Below are positions 37,352 to 46,253 of a stretch of DNA of 64,000 nt, piece after piece. The stretch covers positions 1,254 to 65,253 of the forward strand of contig CAZXHG010000012.1 of the NCBI GenBank assembly GCA_964639985.1. The letters run 5' to 3'. Source of the DNA: an uncultured Rickettsiales bacterium. GTDB lineage: Bacteria > Myxococcota_A > UBA796 > UBA9615 > CAYRNR01. A program made the position numbers and the translations under genes. The notes beneath the pieces are model-generated. The model did no database searches and was not told the origin of the DNA. It saw nothing but the letters and a program-made list of their open reading frames with translations. Each line of letters starts with the position of its first letter. Positions within the stretch are counted from its first letter, which is position 1.

Positions 37352-38341
37352 CTAGAGGTAGTCATGGGCCACCACCTCGGGCAGGGGATGGAAGGCGACG
37401 GTGACGCCGTTGTTGAGGTAGATGCGGTTGATCGAGGCCACCAGATCGAGGATCTCACCCGGGGCGTCCAGCGTGCCCATGATCGCCGCGCTGTCGACCG
37501 TGTCGAGGTAGCGCAGTCCACTGATCATGGCGGCGAATTCCTCCGTTTCCAGGCCGTAGTGTGCGGCCATCAGGGCGTTTGCCTGATCGGGGTTTTCGCG
37601 CCAGAAATGGACCGCGTCGTTCCAGCTGGCCACCACCGCCCGTACGTCGTCGCCGCGATCGCGGAGCGTGGATGGTCGGAAGGCGAGGACGTCGACGATC
37701 ACCGTGTCGCGTCCGGCTGAGGAGGCCAGCAGATGGCCTCCCTCGCGCTGCGCTGCGTTGGTCAGCCAGGGCTCCCAGGTCACCGCGGCATCGACCTTGC
37801 CGGCCACGAATGCGGCCCCGGCATCGCCGGAGTCCATGTGGCGGCCGTCGATGTCGTCGATGGTCATGCCCCCACGATCCAGGTGGTATAGCAGGAAGAA
37901 GTGGCTGGGTGTGGCGGGCTGAAAGGCAACCGTCCTGCCTCGCAGCGAGCCCACCGAACGGATTTCTTCCGCAGCGACGATGCCGTCGCCGCCCTTGCTG
38001 CGGTCCAGCAGCAGCACGGCCACCGACTCGATCCCCTGGTCCACCTGCATCAGGATCGTGTCCAGCGAGGTGGTCTGGCCGTCCACCTCGCCGGCGGCGA
38101 GGGCAGCCCGCATCTCCTCCGCGCCCTTCATCGTGAGCAGCTCGACCTCGACGCCGTGTGATCCGTAGTACCCCTGGTCCTGGGCCAGGTACAGGGGCGC
38201 GAACCCAACCCAGATGTCCGTCGCGATGCGGATCGGCCGGGCGCGGCCCGAGCAACCGTAATCCTCGTAGAGAACGGACAGTCCGAAGGTCCCGAGGACC
38301 GCGGTGAGGGCGAGGAACAGGGCCAAGCGACGGTGACGCAT
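37352..38341 (-). CDS. Periplasmic substrate-binding protein (NMT1/SsuA/TauA-like)
   Basis: Start MRHRRLALFLALTAVLGTFG (signal peptide) inside ORF 37352-38545. NMT1-like fold hallmarks IRIATDIWVGFAPLYLA... Confidence 0.7.
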   Translation of the reverse strand: MRHRRLALFLALTAVLGTFGLSVLYEDYGCSGRARPIRIATDIWVGFAPLYLAQDQGYYGSHGVEVELLTMKGAEEMRAALAAGEVDGQTTSLDTILMQVDQGIESVAVLLLDRSKGGDGIVAAEEIRSVGSLRGRTVAFQPATPSHFFLLYHLDRGGMTIDDIDGRHMDSGDAGAAFVAGKVDAAVTWEPWLTNAAQREGGHLLASSAGRDTVIVDVLAFRPSTLRDRGDDVRAVVASWNDAVHFWRENPDQANALMAAHYGLETEEFAAMISGLRYLDTVDSAAIMGTLDAPGEILDLVASINRIYLNNGVTVAFHPLPEVVAHDYL

Positions 38342-38609
38342 CGGGATTTCTCGGACAGGAGGATTCAGATCTCTTCCAGGTCGCCCTAGCGACGAGGGTT
38401 GCGCGCAGCATACATCGGGCTGGTGCGGGTTGCATCCAGCGCTGATCGACCCCCTCGAATCCCGCTCTCCCCCCGAGGAGTCGACGTCTGTTCTCCGGTA
38501 TACTGCCGCGGGCGAGGTGCGTGGGCGAGGGGCAGCCGTGGCCACGGTTGGCCGGATGCCGGAGCCTCAACCCCAGTGCCTCTCGTCAGGCGGGCGGATA
38601 CTACCGACG

Positions 38610-40480
38610 TGAAAGACCGACCGACCATACTCGGATTGAATGCCGTCTACGGCCAGAGTTCTGCGGCCCTGGTGCGGGACGGTCAACTTGTGGCCGCCGT
38701 GGAGGAGGAGCGGTTCAACCGGATCTCCCACGCCAAGGCAGCCGAGGTGGACAACACCCCCGACCTCCCCTATGCCTCCATCGACTACTGCCTGGACGAG
38801 GCGGGGATCGAGTTCGAGGACATCGATCTGATCGGCTACTCCTTCGACGTCGGTGTGCGCCGTGAGCAGCGAAGTCGGTTGATGGAGTACGGCCCGGTGC
38901 TGCCCGGGGGGTACAAGACACCGGAGGGCGAGCGACGATTCGAGTCGTTCGTGATGCTGGTGCCGGAACTGCTGGCCGCACGCTACGGCTTGCACCCCGG
39001 TGACGTCTGGCGCCGCTTTCGGTTTCTCGAGCACCACCTCTGTCACCTGGCAGCCGCGTACTACGCGTCCCCGTACGACAGCGCCGCGGTAATGGCGATC
39101 GACGGTATCGGCGAGGCTGCCACCGTCTCTTTCGCACGGGCCGAGGGAAACGCACTGACGATCCTGCGCCAGATCGACTACCCCCACTCCGTCGGGTTCA
39201 TCTGGGAGCTGATTACGTCGTTCCTTGGCTTCAGGGGGGACCACGACGAGAGCAAGGTGATGGGACTGGCAGCCTACGGGGATCCTGAGCGGTTTGCCCG
39301 CCAGCTGTCCACGTTCCTGCGCATCACCGCGACCGGAGTCGAGGTGAGCGGATTCAAGCGACAGGACCGGCAGGAACTGCTTCGCCGTGACTACCACGCA
39401 CTGGAACGATATCTCGGTATCCAGCGCCGCCTACCCTACGAACCGTTGGCCTTCGAGGGGTCGAAGCGCGATCACGCCGATCTGGCTGCGGCCTTGCAGC
39501 GGCGGACCGAGGAGGTCTTCCTGCACCTCGGTGGCCTGCTGCACCGGGAGACCGGCGAGAGCCGGCTGGCCATGGCTGGCGGCGTCGCCCTCAACTGCGT
39601 GGCCAATGCACGGTTGGCCGAAGAGGGGCCGTTCGACGAGTTGTGGGTCCAGCCAGCGGCTGGCGACGCCGGGACGAGCCTGGGCGCTGCCTTGCTACTG
39701 CATTGCCATCCCGATCCCCGTCTGGGCGCTGGTGCGGGCCGCGTCCGGATGGACAGCGTCTACCTTGGCCCCGAATTCTCCGATGCCGAGATCAGCAACA
39801 CGTTGTGGCGCTATCGTCTGGTCCACCAGCGAGTGGACGATCCGGCCCGGACCGCAGCCGAGTTGCTCGCCGATGGCAAGATCATCGGCTGGTTCCAGGG
39901 GCGGATGGAATTCGGACCGCGGGCGCTGGGCAACCGCTGCCTGCTCGCGCATCCGGGTCGATACGAGATGCGCGAACGGCTCAACCTGCGCGTCAAGCAT
40001 CGCCACCCTTTCCGTCCATTCTGCCCTACCATGCGCGCCGAAGTGGCGTCCGAGTGGCTCCAATCGAGCCGGCCGGCATGCGACGCGGCGCAGTACATGC
40101 TCGCCGCCTACGCGATCAAGGAGGGACGCCGGGCCGAGATCCCGGCCGTGGTACACGCCGATGGCACGGCCCGGCTACAGGTGCTCCAACGAGAGCAGAA
40201 CCCGCTGTACTACGAACTGATCCGGCACTTCGAGCGGCTGACCGGCCTGCCTTTCGTGCTGAACACTTCGTTCAACGACCGCGAGCCCATCGTCTGTTCG
40301 CCGGATCATGCGGCTGAGTGCTTCCTCAAGACCGACTTCAGCGCCATGTTCCTTGGCCACTACCTTGTCGAGGGCCCCAAGCCCTGGGAGCGAGAGGAGG
40401 GAGAGAGCGCCACTTTCAGCGAGGTGCTCGAGGACTTCTACCGCAGTGGCCACAAGAATCGTGGGGGGGGGGAGCTACCG
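38610..40480 (+). CDS. Carbamoyltransferase (NodU/CmcH family); as given it reads through in frame into the next gene
   Basis: Probable GTG start 38610 (VKDRPTILGLNAVYGQSSAALVRDGQLVAAVEEERFNRISH, the NodU/CmcH N-terminal signature); ORF opens at 38399. C-terminal carbamoyltransferase region ...VLNTSFNDREPIVCSPDHAAECFLKTDFSAMFLGHYLVEG. No stop before ATG 40481 because of a G10 tract. Confidence 0.8.
40463..40472 (+). repeat. G10 homopolymer tract at the carbamoyltransferase / HEPN-kinase junction
   Basis: Ten consecutive G read as GGG GGG GGG G-AG. With G9 the frame becomes ...AGC TAC CGA TGA, placing a TGA stop overlapping ATG 40481. Confidence 0.9.
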
Positions 40481-43174
40481 ATGAGCGATGAACGCTTCGT
40501 GGTCAGTGATCATGCGATGTTCACGGTCGAGCAGTATCCCTTGCCGATCGGGGACGCTGCCAGGGATTTCAATCAGGGTTTCAGGAGTCTGAGCGACCGG
40601 GAACTTCAGAAGCAATGGCGAGACCAGTTCCTCGACTACGTCAACATCGCGGAGGATTGTTTCAGGCTGGCAACCAACGTGATGTTGGCCGAACTGTCCG
40701 TACGAGGTGACCTGGCCGATCTGAGGGAGTTCTTCACCAGCTACATGACCGAGACCATGACACTCGGCAGGTGGATTGACTCCACGTTCATGCTGGCGCA
40801 GAAGCCCACGGCTGACCAGGCGCGGAGTGAGCTGGCCGGAGGACGCTCCAGCGAACCTCGCTTCAGGAACCTGGTCGTCATCGGGTTCCCACGGAAGCAC
40901 AGCCGGCGGCAACATGCCCTCAAGATGCGTGACTATCGCAACAAGGTCGCTCACCGAAAGGGAAAGAGACAGAAAGCCAGACAAACCCCGCTGACAGATA
41001 TCCTGCGGATGCGTGACATCATGCTGGACGTGATGTCCGGCGGATTCTCCTTCCTTCGGCACTTCACACTCATTCAGGTATGCGCAAACGGGCAATGCAG
41101 GTTCATCTCCGACCTGGGTTCCTTCAGGGAATCACCCGTGCCCATCGAGAAGTTGTTCAAACACAATGATCTTGAGGAACTGATCGACGTCAGCAGGAAT
41201 GATGATCTTCTGCTGTTCGACGCCGTCCATAACTCGATCATGACCTTGTTTCCGTTCGTGGTTCTGAATCCGGCAAACAAGAAGGTGCCTGCGGTTTCCT
41301 GTTTGCATACGATTCATGGCATCGATGATCCTGCAGGAGCGACCTTCAGGTATTTCGATGGCGAGACGGACGGAGAGGACTGGCGACCCTCGACTGACCA
41401 GGAGGATCGCGCCCGAGGGTGGTTGCGAACCGTACTGCAAGCGAAGGCGCCGCCCGCAACACGGGGGGTCTTCCTGAGAAATGACCGCTGGCGAGTGCCC
41501 GGGCTCTTCGAACAGAAGATGTACGATACCAGTAGGAGGCAGAACAGGGAGTTGGCGACTCTCACCAGCGATGTTATCCCGGAAGGTACTGATGAGGCAG
41601 ATGTTGTTGGAAAGCCGTACAGGGTTGACGAGTACTTGGGGGAAGGCGCGCACGCGATAGTGTGGGGTGTCAGTGAGGTCGACGACCTCAGTAAGCGCTA
41701 TGCACTCAAGGTACTGCGACTGTGCTACGGGGAGGACAAGGTGCTCTCCCGATTCAAGCGGGAGGCCCGTGTGTTGCGCCGGTACACCATGGACGACAGG
41801 TGGTCTCCCTATCTCATCGATTGCTATGATCACGGATTCAACGAGAATGGCATGCAATGTCAATTGCTCGAAAAGGCGAAGTGGTCTCTCAAGGACAAGA
41901 TCGAGGAGTACGACCGAAGAGGAAACGAGTTGGCGGGGTGGAGCATCCCGCGGTGCATCCGTGAGTTCGATCGGTGCCGGTCAGAGCATCACGCGCGAAA
42001 CGTCGACCTTCTCGTGTCGGTTTTCTTGCGGCTGATGTTCGCCCTGTCGTGTGTCCGGAACATCCTGAGTGCGCTGGAGAAACTGCACGAAGGTGGCGTC
42101 GTGCACAGGGATATCAAGCCAGCGAATATCCTGTTCCTCCAGAGAGGCCAGATCAAGCTTGCCGATCTCGGCGCGTTGCACATTGAGAAGGAGGACTTTG
42201 AACAGACGCCTCTGGACAACATGGGGTCGACCCAGAGAAGCGAGATCATTGGGACCCATGGCTACATGCCACCGAACAGTTTCGAGTTGGCCGAGCCCAG
42301 GAATTTCAAGGCGGATGTCTTCTCTACAGGTGTCGTATTTCGAGAGATCCTGTTCGGGCTGCGTGTTACACCTGAGACCTATTTCAGCGACAGTGAAAAG
42401 GAGGTCAGGGAGTTCGGCAAGCTAGATGACCTGATCGTGGAGCAACTCGCATGGGACGGCGAGATGCTCGTCAGCGGGCTCGTCCAGAGCGCCACCAACC
42501 GCAACAAGGAGCGGCGGTGGAGTTCAACGCGGTTCCTCGACGAGGTCGTTGAATTCGAGAAGAAGTACTGCAAGAAGCTGATGCTGTGGGCAAAACGTCT
42601 GGGGTACTCCCAAGAGGGTACGGGGGCCCTGTTCGTCAGGGCGCTCACCAAGATTGGATTCGAGAACAAGACAGGACGCAATCACTGTTTCCTGTTGCCC
42701 AAGCACCCCGAAAGGGGCGAAACCAGGGAGTGTGTATTCAGGAGGAATGTCTCCAGCTTGAAGTCAACCAGTGTTGCCGCCAGGTTGTACACAAAATACA
42801 ATGTTGGCTCGCAGCAAGGACAGTTGCCACCGGACGCTGACGAACTGGACGTTCTCGAATACCTGGTCGAACACTCGGAAGAGTGCTTCACCGACCTGAT
42901 CGAGCTGGTCACCTATATGTTGGACACCTGTACCGGCTTCTACAATGACTGTCCGGCGCATGAGAAGTCCCGGAGGAACATCTCCAGGCTGCTTAAGAAC
43001 AGGAAGTACACGGACACGAATCCCGCGAAGGAAAGGGTGCGGGAAGTGATCGAGCCCGAGTCCGATGTGCATGGATACCAAGACAGACACCCGCGGCAGG
43101 AGGCCGGCGAAGCCCTCATCCACGCCGTGATGTTCGGCGGTCTCGACCAATCCGTCGAGCCGCAGGAGAGATGA
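40481..43174 (+). CDS. HEPN-like (Rx4H) domain fused to a Ser/Thr protein kinase domain, with unknown middle and C-terminal regions (897 aa)
   Basis: ATG 40481 (MSDERFVV). N-terminal ~165 aa helical with MRDYRNKVAHRKG (Rx4H, as in Abi_2/Swt1/KEN HEPN nucleases). Kinase: glycine loop LGEGAHAIVWG, Lys in YALKVLRL, catalytic HRDIKPANILF, DLG, GTHGYMPPN. Markedly lower GC than flanks. Confidence 0.6.
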   Translation: MSDERFVVSDHAMFTVEQYPLPIGDAARDFNQGFRSLSDRELQKQWRDQFLDYVNIAEDCFRLATNVMLAELSVRGDLADLREFFTSYMTETMTLGRWIDSTFMLAQKPTADQARSELAGGRSSEPRFRNLVVIGFPRKHSRRQHALKMRDYRNKVAHRKGKRQKARQTPLTDILRMRDIMLDVMSGGFSFLRHFTLIQVCANGQCRFISDLGSFRESPVPIEKLFKHNDLEELIDVSRNDDLLLFDAVHNSIMTLFPFVVLNPANKKVPAVSCLHTIHGIDDPAGATFRYFDGETDGEDWRPSTDQEDRARGWLRTVLQAKAPPATRGVFLRNDRWRVPGLFEQKMYDTSRRQNRELATLTSDVIPEGTDEADVVGKPYRVDEYLGEGAHAIVWGVSEVDDLSKRYALKVLRLCYGEDKVLSRFKREARVLRRYTMDDRWSPYLIDCYDHGFNENGMQCQLLEKAKWSLKDKIEEYDRRGNELAGWSIPRCIREFDRCRSEHHARNVDLLVSVFLRLMFALSCVRNILSALEKLHEGGVVHRDIKPANILFLQRGQIKLADLGALHIEKEDFEQTPLDNMGSTQRSEIIGTHGYMPPNSFELAEPRNFKADVFSTGVVFREILFGLRVTPETYFSDSEKEVREFGKLDDLIVEQLAWDGEMLVSGLVQSATNRNKERRWSSTRFLDEVVEFEKKYCKKLMLWAKRLGYSQEGTGALFVRALTKIGFENKTGRNHCFLLPKHPERGETRECVFRRNVSSLKSTSVAARLYTKYNVGSQQGQLPPDADELDVLEYLVEHSEECFTDLIELVTYMLDTCTGFYNDCPAHEKSRRNISRLLKNRKYTDTNPAKERVREVIEPESDVHGYQDRHPRQEAGEALIHAVMFGGLDQSVEPQER

Positions 43175-43177
43175 CCG

Positions 43178-45193
43178 ATGCTGAATACACGTGGAATCCA
43201 GTACCCGGATGACTACCCGCTCGCGATCCAGCGCCTGCAGCAGGCTTTGGTGATGCTGCGCGAGACGAGGGTCGCCCTGCTGGACAAATGGAAGCGCGAC
43301 AACCAGAAATTCCAGGACGAGTTCGTGGTAAAGGAGTCCGGCGGCACGGGTGGCGAGGACGTGCTGCACCTGCCCTTCATCTACGGACTCGAGACGCTGC
43401 TCATGCCCATCGGGTTGATCACGGCGGAGTGCGCAAAGCGCAAGCGGTTGGTGGAAAGCCTGGATGTGCTTGTGCCTGCGCTGAAGGACTTCCGAGTCGA
43501 CGACATCGACGAGAACACGATCAATGATATCAACGGCCTCGTGAAGCAGTTCGACCGGGAGATCGGACCGGCTGTACGCGCCGTCGACTACGAAGGTCTC
43601 AACGCACAGCCGTACTTCAACAAGTGGAACGACGATGCCAACGCATGGGCTACTGCGCTGTTTTTCGATGCCACGGACTACTTGAACTCGGCGGGCCTGA
43701 TCAACCCCGAGCAGTACATCGAACGGGTGAACAACCTATCGATGCTGCTCAAGAAATTTCTCTTTGCGAAGTACGTTGTCGAGTGGAAATCTGACCTGGA
43801 CGAGAACGTCCAGTTGTTCGGATTGACCTGGTACTTCAGCGACGAGTCCCGGCGACGGATCAGTCGATATTTCCAGAAAAGCGGATCCGACTTCGACGGC
43901 CCCGTGGTCCAGGCGTTCATCGAGGACTATTTCGTCTGCGAGACGCGGGCATTCTGCTCCAGGGCCGTCCTGGCGGTCTACGATGTGATCTACGACACCT
44001 TCGGCGATTCGGACATCGCGACCGACGAGATCAAGAAGCTGGTAGGCAGGATCGGGGCGAGGTTCGCCAAGGACCTAGCTCACCGCTATCTCCAGGACAT
44101 GGATAACTCCATCGAGCGAGCCTACTTCGACGATCTGTACCGCACCGACTATCTGGTACAGCTGTGGGGCGTGTACACGTCCTGCCTACACACGGGCATC
44201 ATTGCCGAGAGCCAGGGAGGGGAGGTCGAGATCGATTTGCTCGTCCGCTACCACGACGAGTTCTTGAAGCCTCTGCTCAAGACCATTCGGAGGGAGATTC
44301 GGGACGATCACTCACCCCTGTTCACGACGGTGAAGCCGTTCCTGATCTGGCTGGACGAGCCTGCAGAGATAGAGCCCGCGGACGTCCATCCGGAAGAGAC
44401 GGTGGAGAAGTTGGGGGAGGACCGTTGCCTGGTATTCCCCTACGTCTCCCTGCTCCCGATCATGTTGCGGTCGCTGGCCAACTACGCTGGTGCCCTGAAG
44501 GACATCAAGGATCCGGGGGGCAAGCAGAACGTCCGTCGGATGAGGAACGAAGCCCTCGATTGGATGCACGAGGTCCTGGAAGGTATGACCCAATTCGCCA
44601 TCTCGGACGGGGACGAAGCGGGGCTGTGGGCGTTTTCCGGGCAGTACGAACTGGCCTACACCGCATCCATCGCCGAGGCGCTGACGACCTATGCTTCGCA
44701 GTGTTTCAACGAGGTGGTGGATCTGGGGAGGACCCGGATCGTGGACTTGGCAGAGCCGTTGAGGAAGGCAGGATCGGCAGCTGGAGCGGTCGTATCCGAG
44801 GCAGACTCGGAGGCCGTGCGCGCGTTCAAGGAATTCCGCAAGGTTCTCGACCTGCAGGTCCGACGGATCGTTGCCGAGGAGTTGGACGGTCGTGATCTCC
44901 AGGGGCGGTCAGGTGGGAGCAGCCAGTGGATGGAGATATTCTTCGATATCATCGAGAACAAGGGCAACATGGCGCCTCACTCCAACGACGCCCTGCAGGC
45001 GATGAGGGATCTCATCAGGCTGTCCAAGCGGCTGGATCGGCTGCGGGGGCGCGGAGAACCGGAATGGGAGCAGCTGCGGGATAAGATCAAGTCGGGCTAC
45101 TTCAACAACGAGATAGCCTATGACGTGCTGACCCGGGAGTACCATGGCGACATCGACGACCTGCTGAAGAACAAGACGGACAAGACGAAGTGA
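43178..45193 (+). CDS. Hypothetical protein (671 aa), no recognisable domain; middle gene of the low-GC island
   Basis: Starts 4 nt after the stop of the HEPN-kinase gene. Uninterrupted ORF in the low-GC region. Its TGA overlaps the GTG of the next gene. Confidence 0.55.
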   Translation: MLNTRGIQYPDDYPLAIQRLQQALVMLRETRVALLDKWKRDNQKFQDEFVVKESGGTGGEDVLHLPFIYGLETLLMPIGLITAECAKRKRLVESLDVLVPALKDFRVDDIDENTINDINGLVKQFDREIGPAVRAVDYEGLNAQPYFNKWNDDANAWATALFFDATDYLNSAGLINPEQYIERVNNLSMLLKKFLFAKYVVEWKSDLDENVQLFGLTWYFSDESRRRISRYFQKSGSDFDGPVVQAFIEDYFVCETRAFCSRAVLAVYDVIYDTFGDSDIATDEIKKLVGRIGARFAKDLAHRYLQDMDNSIERAYFDDLYRTDYLVQLWGVYTSCLHTGIIAESQGGEVEIDLLVRYHDEFLKPLLKTIRREIRDDHSPLFTTVKPFLIWLDEPAEIEPADVHPEETVEKLGEDRCLVFPYVSLLPIMLRSLANYAGALKDIKDPGGKQNVRRMRNEALDWMHEVLEGMTQFAISDGDEAGLWAFSGQYELAYTASIAEALTTYASQCFNEVVDLGRTRIVDLAEPLRKAGSAAGAVVSEADSEAVRAFKEFRKVLDLQVRRIVAEELDGRDLQGRSGGSSQWMEIFFDIIENKGNMAPHSNDALQAMRDLIRLSKRLDRLRGRGEPEWEQLRDKIKSGYFNNEIAYDVLTREYHGDIDDLLKNKTDKTK

Positions 45194-46224
45194 ACATCGT
45201 CGCGTATTCGTACAAGGGCGGCTCCGGAAGGACGACCGCGGCGATGAACATCGCCGCCAACCTCTTCCGCCGGGGCAAGATCGTTTGCTGCATCGACTTC
45301 GACATCGGTGCGCCAGGCATGCACATGATCCTGGAAACGACCATTCCGCCGAGGGAAGGCGAAACCGACCTGATCGCTCGGCGGCTCGGTGACGTCTCCC
45401 CGCTTGGAGTGCAGCATTTCTTCAACAACCGTTACCCGCGCCCCGGCGTGGACGAGAGTACGTTCGTCGAGCAGGCGGTGGTCGACTACAAGGAGCATTA
45501 CGCCCAGCTCGCCTGGACGGAAGACGATGCACTCAACAAGAGAGACATGACGCAGGACGCCTTCGACCAGGGCGAGTTGCTGTACCTGGTCGCCTCCCCG
45601 GTTGCCGAATCGATTCGAGCCCTGGATGCCCAGAAGTTCGACATGATGGGATTCCGGCGCCGCTACCGTTCCCTGATGGAGCGGGTCGCCGACTACATCA
45701 ACGACAAGCGCGGCACCGACGAGGTGAGTGCCGAGGACATCTACTTCGTTCTGGATTCGGCGAGTGGCTTGACGCCGTTCAGCCTGCCGGTCCTCTTCCT
45801 GGCGCACGTGGTGCTCGTGTTCTTCCGGTGGAGCCACCAGCACATCGTCGGTACCGAACAGAATGCCGAGATCCTGCACCACAACCTCGACGAGCGGGTC
45901 GACTACTCGAACTGCCGCATCTACAAGGTGGGCTCCTGTTATGTCCCGGCCGGGGACAGCGATACGCTGAATCAGATGAAAGAAGAAGGGGATCTGGCGG
46001 CACGCCGCATCTTCGATCGGGAGACAGAACTTCGGACGGCCCTGGAGTCCGACCGGATGATCCGCTTTATCGATAGCATCCCCGAGCACCCCGCGTTGAA
46101 GTACTACGAGCGAATCGTCGCGCTGGCGATCGACGCGAAGACGAACTACGGCGGTGTCCGCGAGGCGCTGGACAACATCTGCGCACAGCTGGAAGACGAC
46201 CGACTGGTGCTCGACATCGATTGA
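45190..46224 (+). CDS. ParA/MinD-like (SIMIBI) ATPase with degenerate P-loop
   Basis: Deviant Walker A YKGGSGRTTAAMN (KGGxGKT expected; P-loop Lys replaced by Arg). A-prime-like CCIDFDIGAPGMH. GTG start overlaps the upstream TGA (GTGA). Confidence 0.6.
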   Translation: MNIVAYSYKGGSGRTTAAMNIAANLFRRGKIVCCIDFDIGAPGMHMILETTIPPREGETDLIARRLGDVSPLGVQHFFNNRYPRPGVDESTFVEQAVVDYKEHYAQLAWTEDDALNKRDMTQDAFDQGELLYLVASPVAESIRALDAQKFDMMGFRRRYRSLMERVADYINDKRGTDEVSAEDIYFVLDSASGLTPFSLPVLFLAHVVLVFFRWSHQHIVGTEQNAEILHHNLDERVDYSNCRIYKVGSCYVPAGDSDTLNQMKEEGDLAARRIFDRETELRTALESDRMIRFIDSIPEHPALKYYERIVALAIDAKTNYGGVREALDNICAQLEDDRLVLDID

Positions 46225-46253
46225 ACTCGACGACTCTAGCCAGTCGTACTATC

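Noticed and set aside
46224-46253. Short hairpin ACGACT-CTAGCC-AGTCGT between convergent ParA-like and radical SAM genes, as a possible bidirectional terminator
   Set aside because: Only a 6-bp stem with no U-tract. Too weak to call a terminator.
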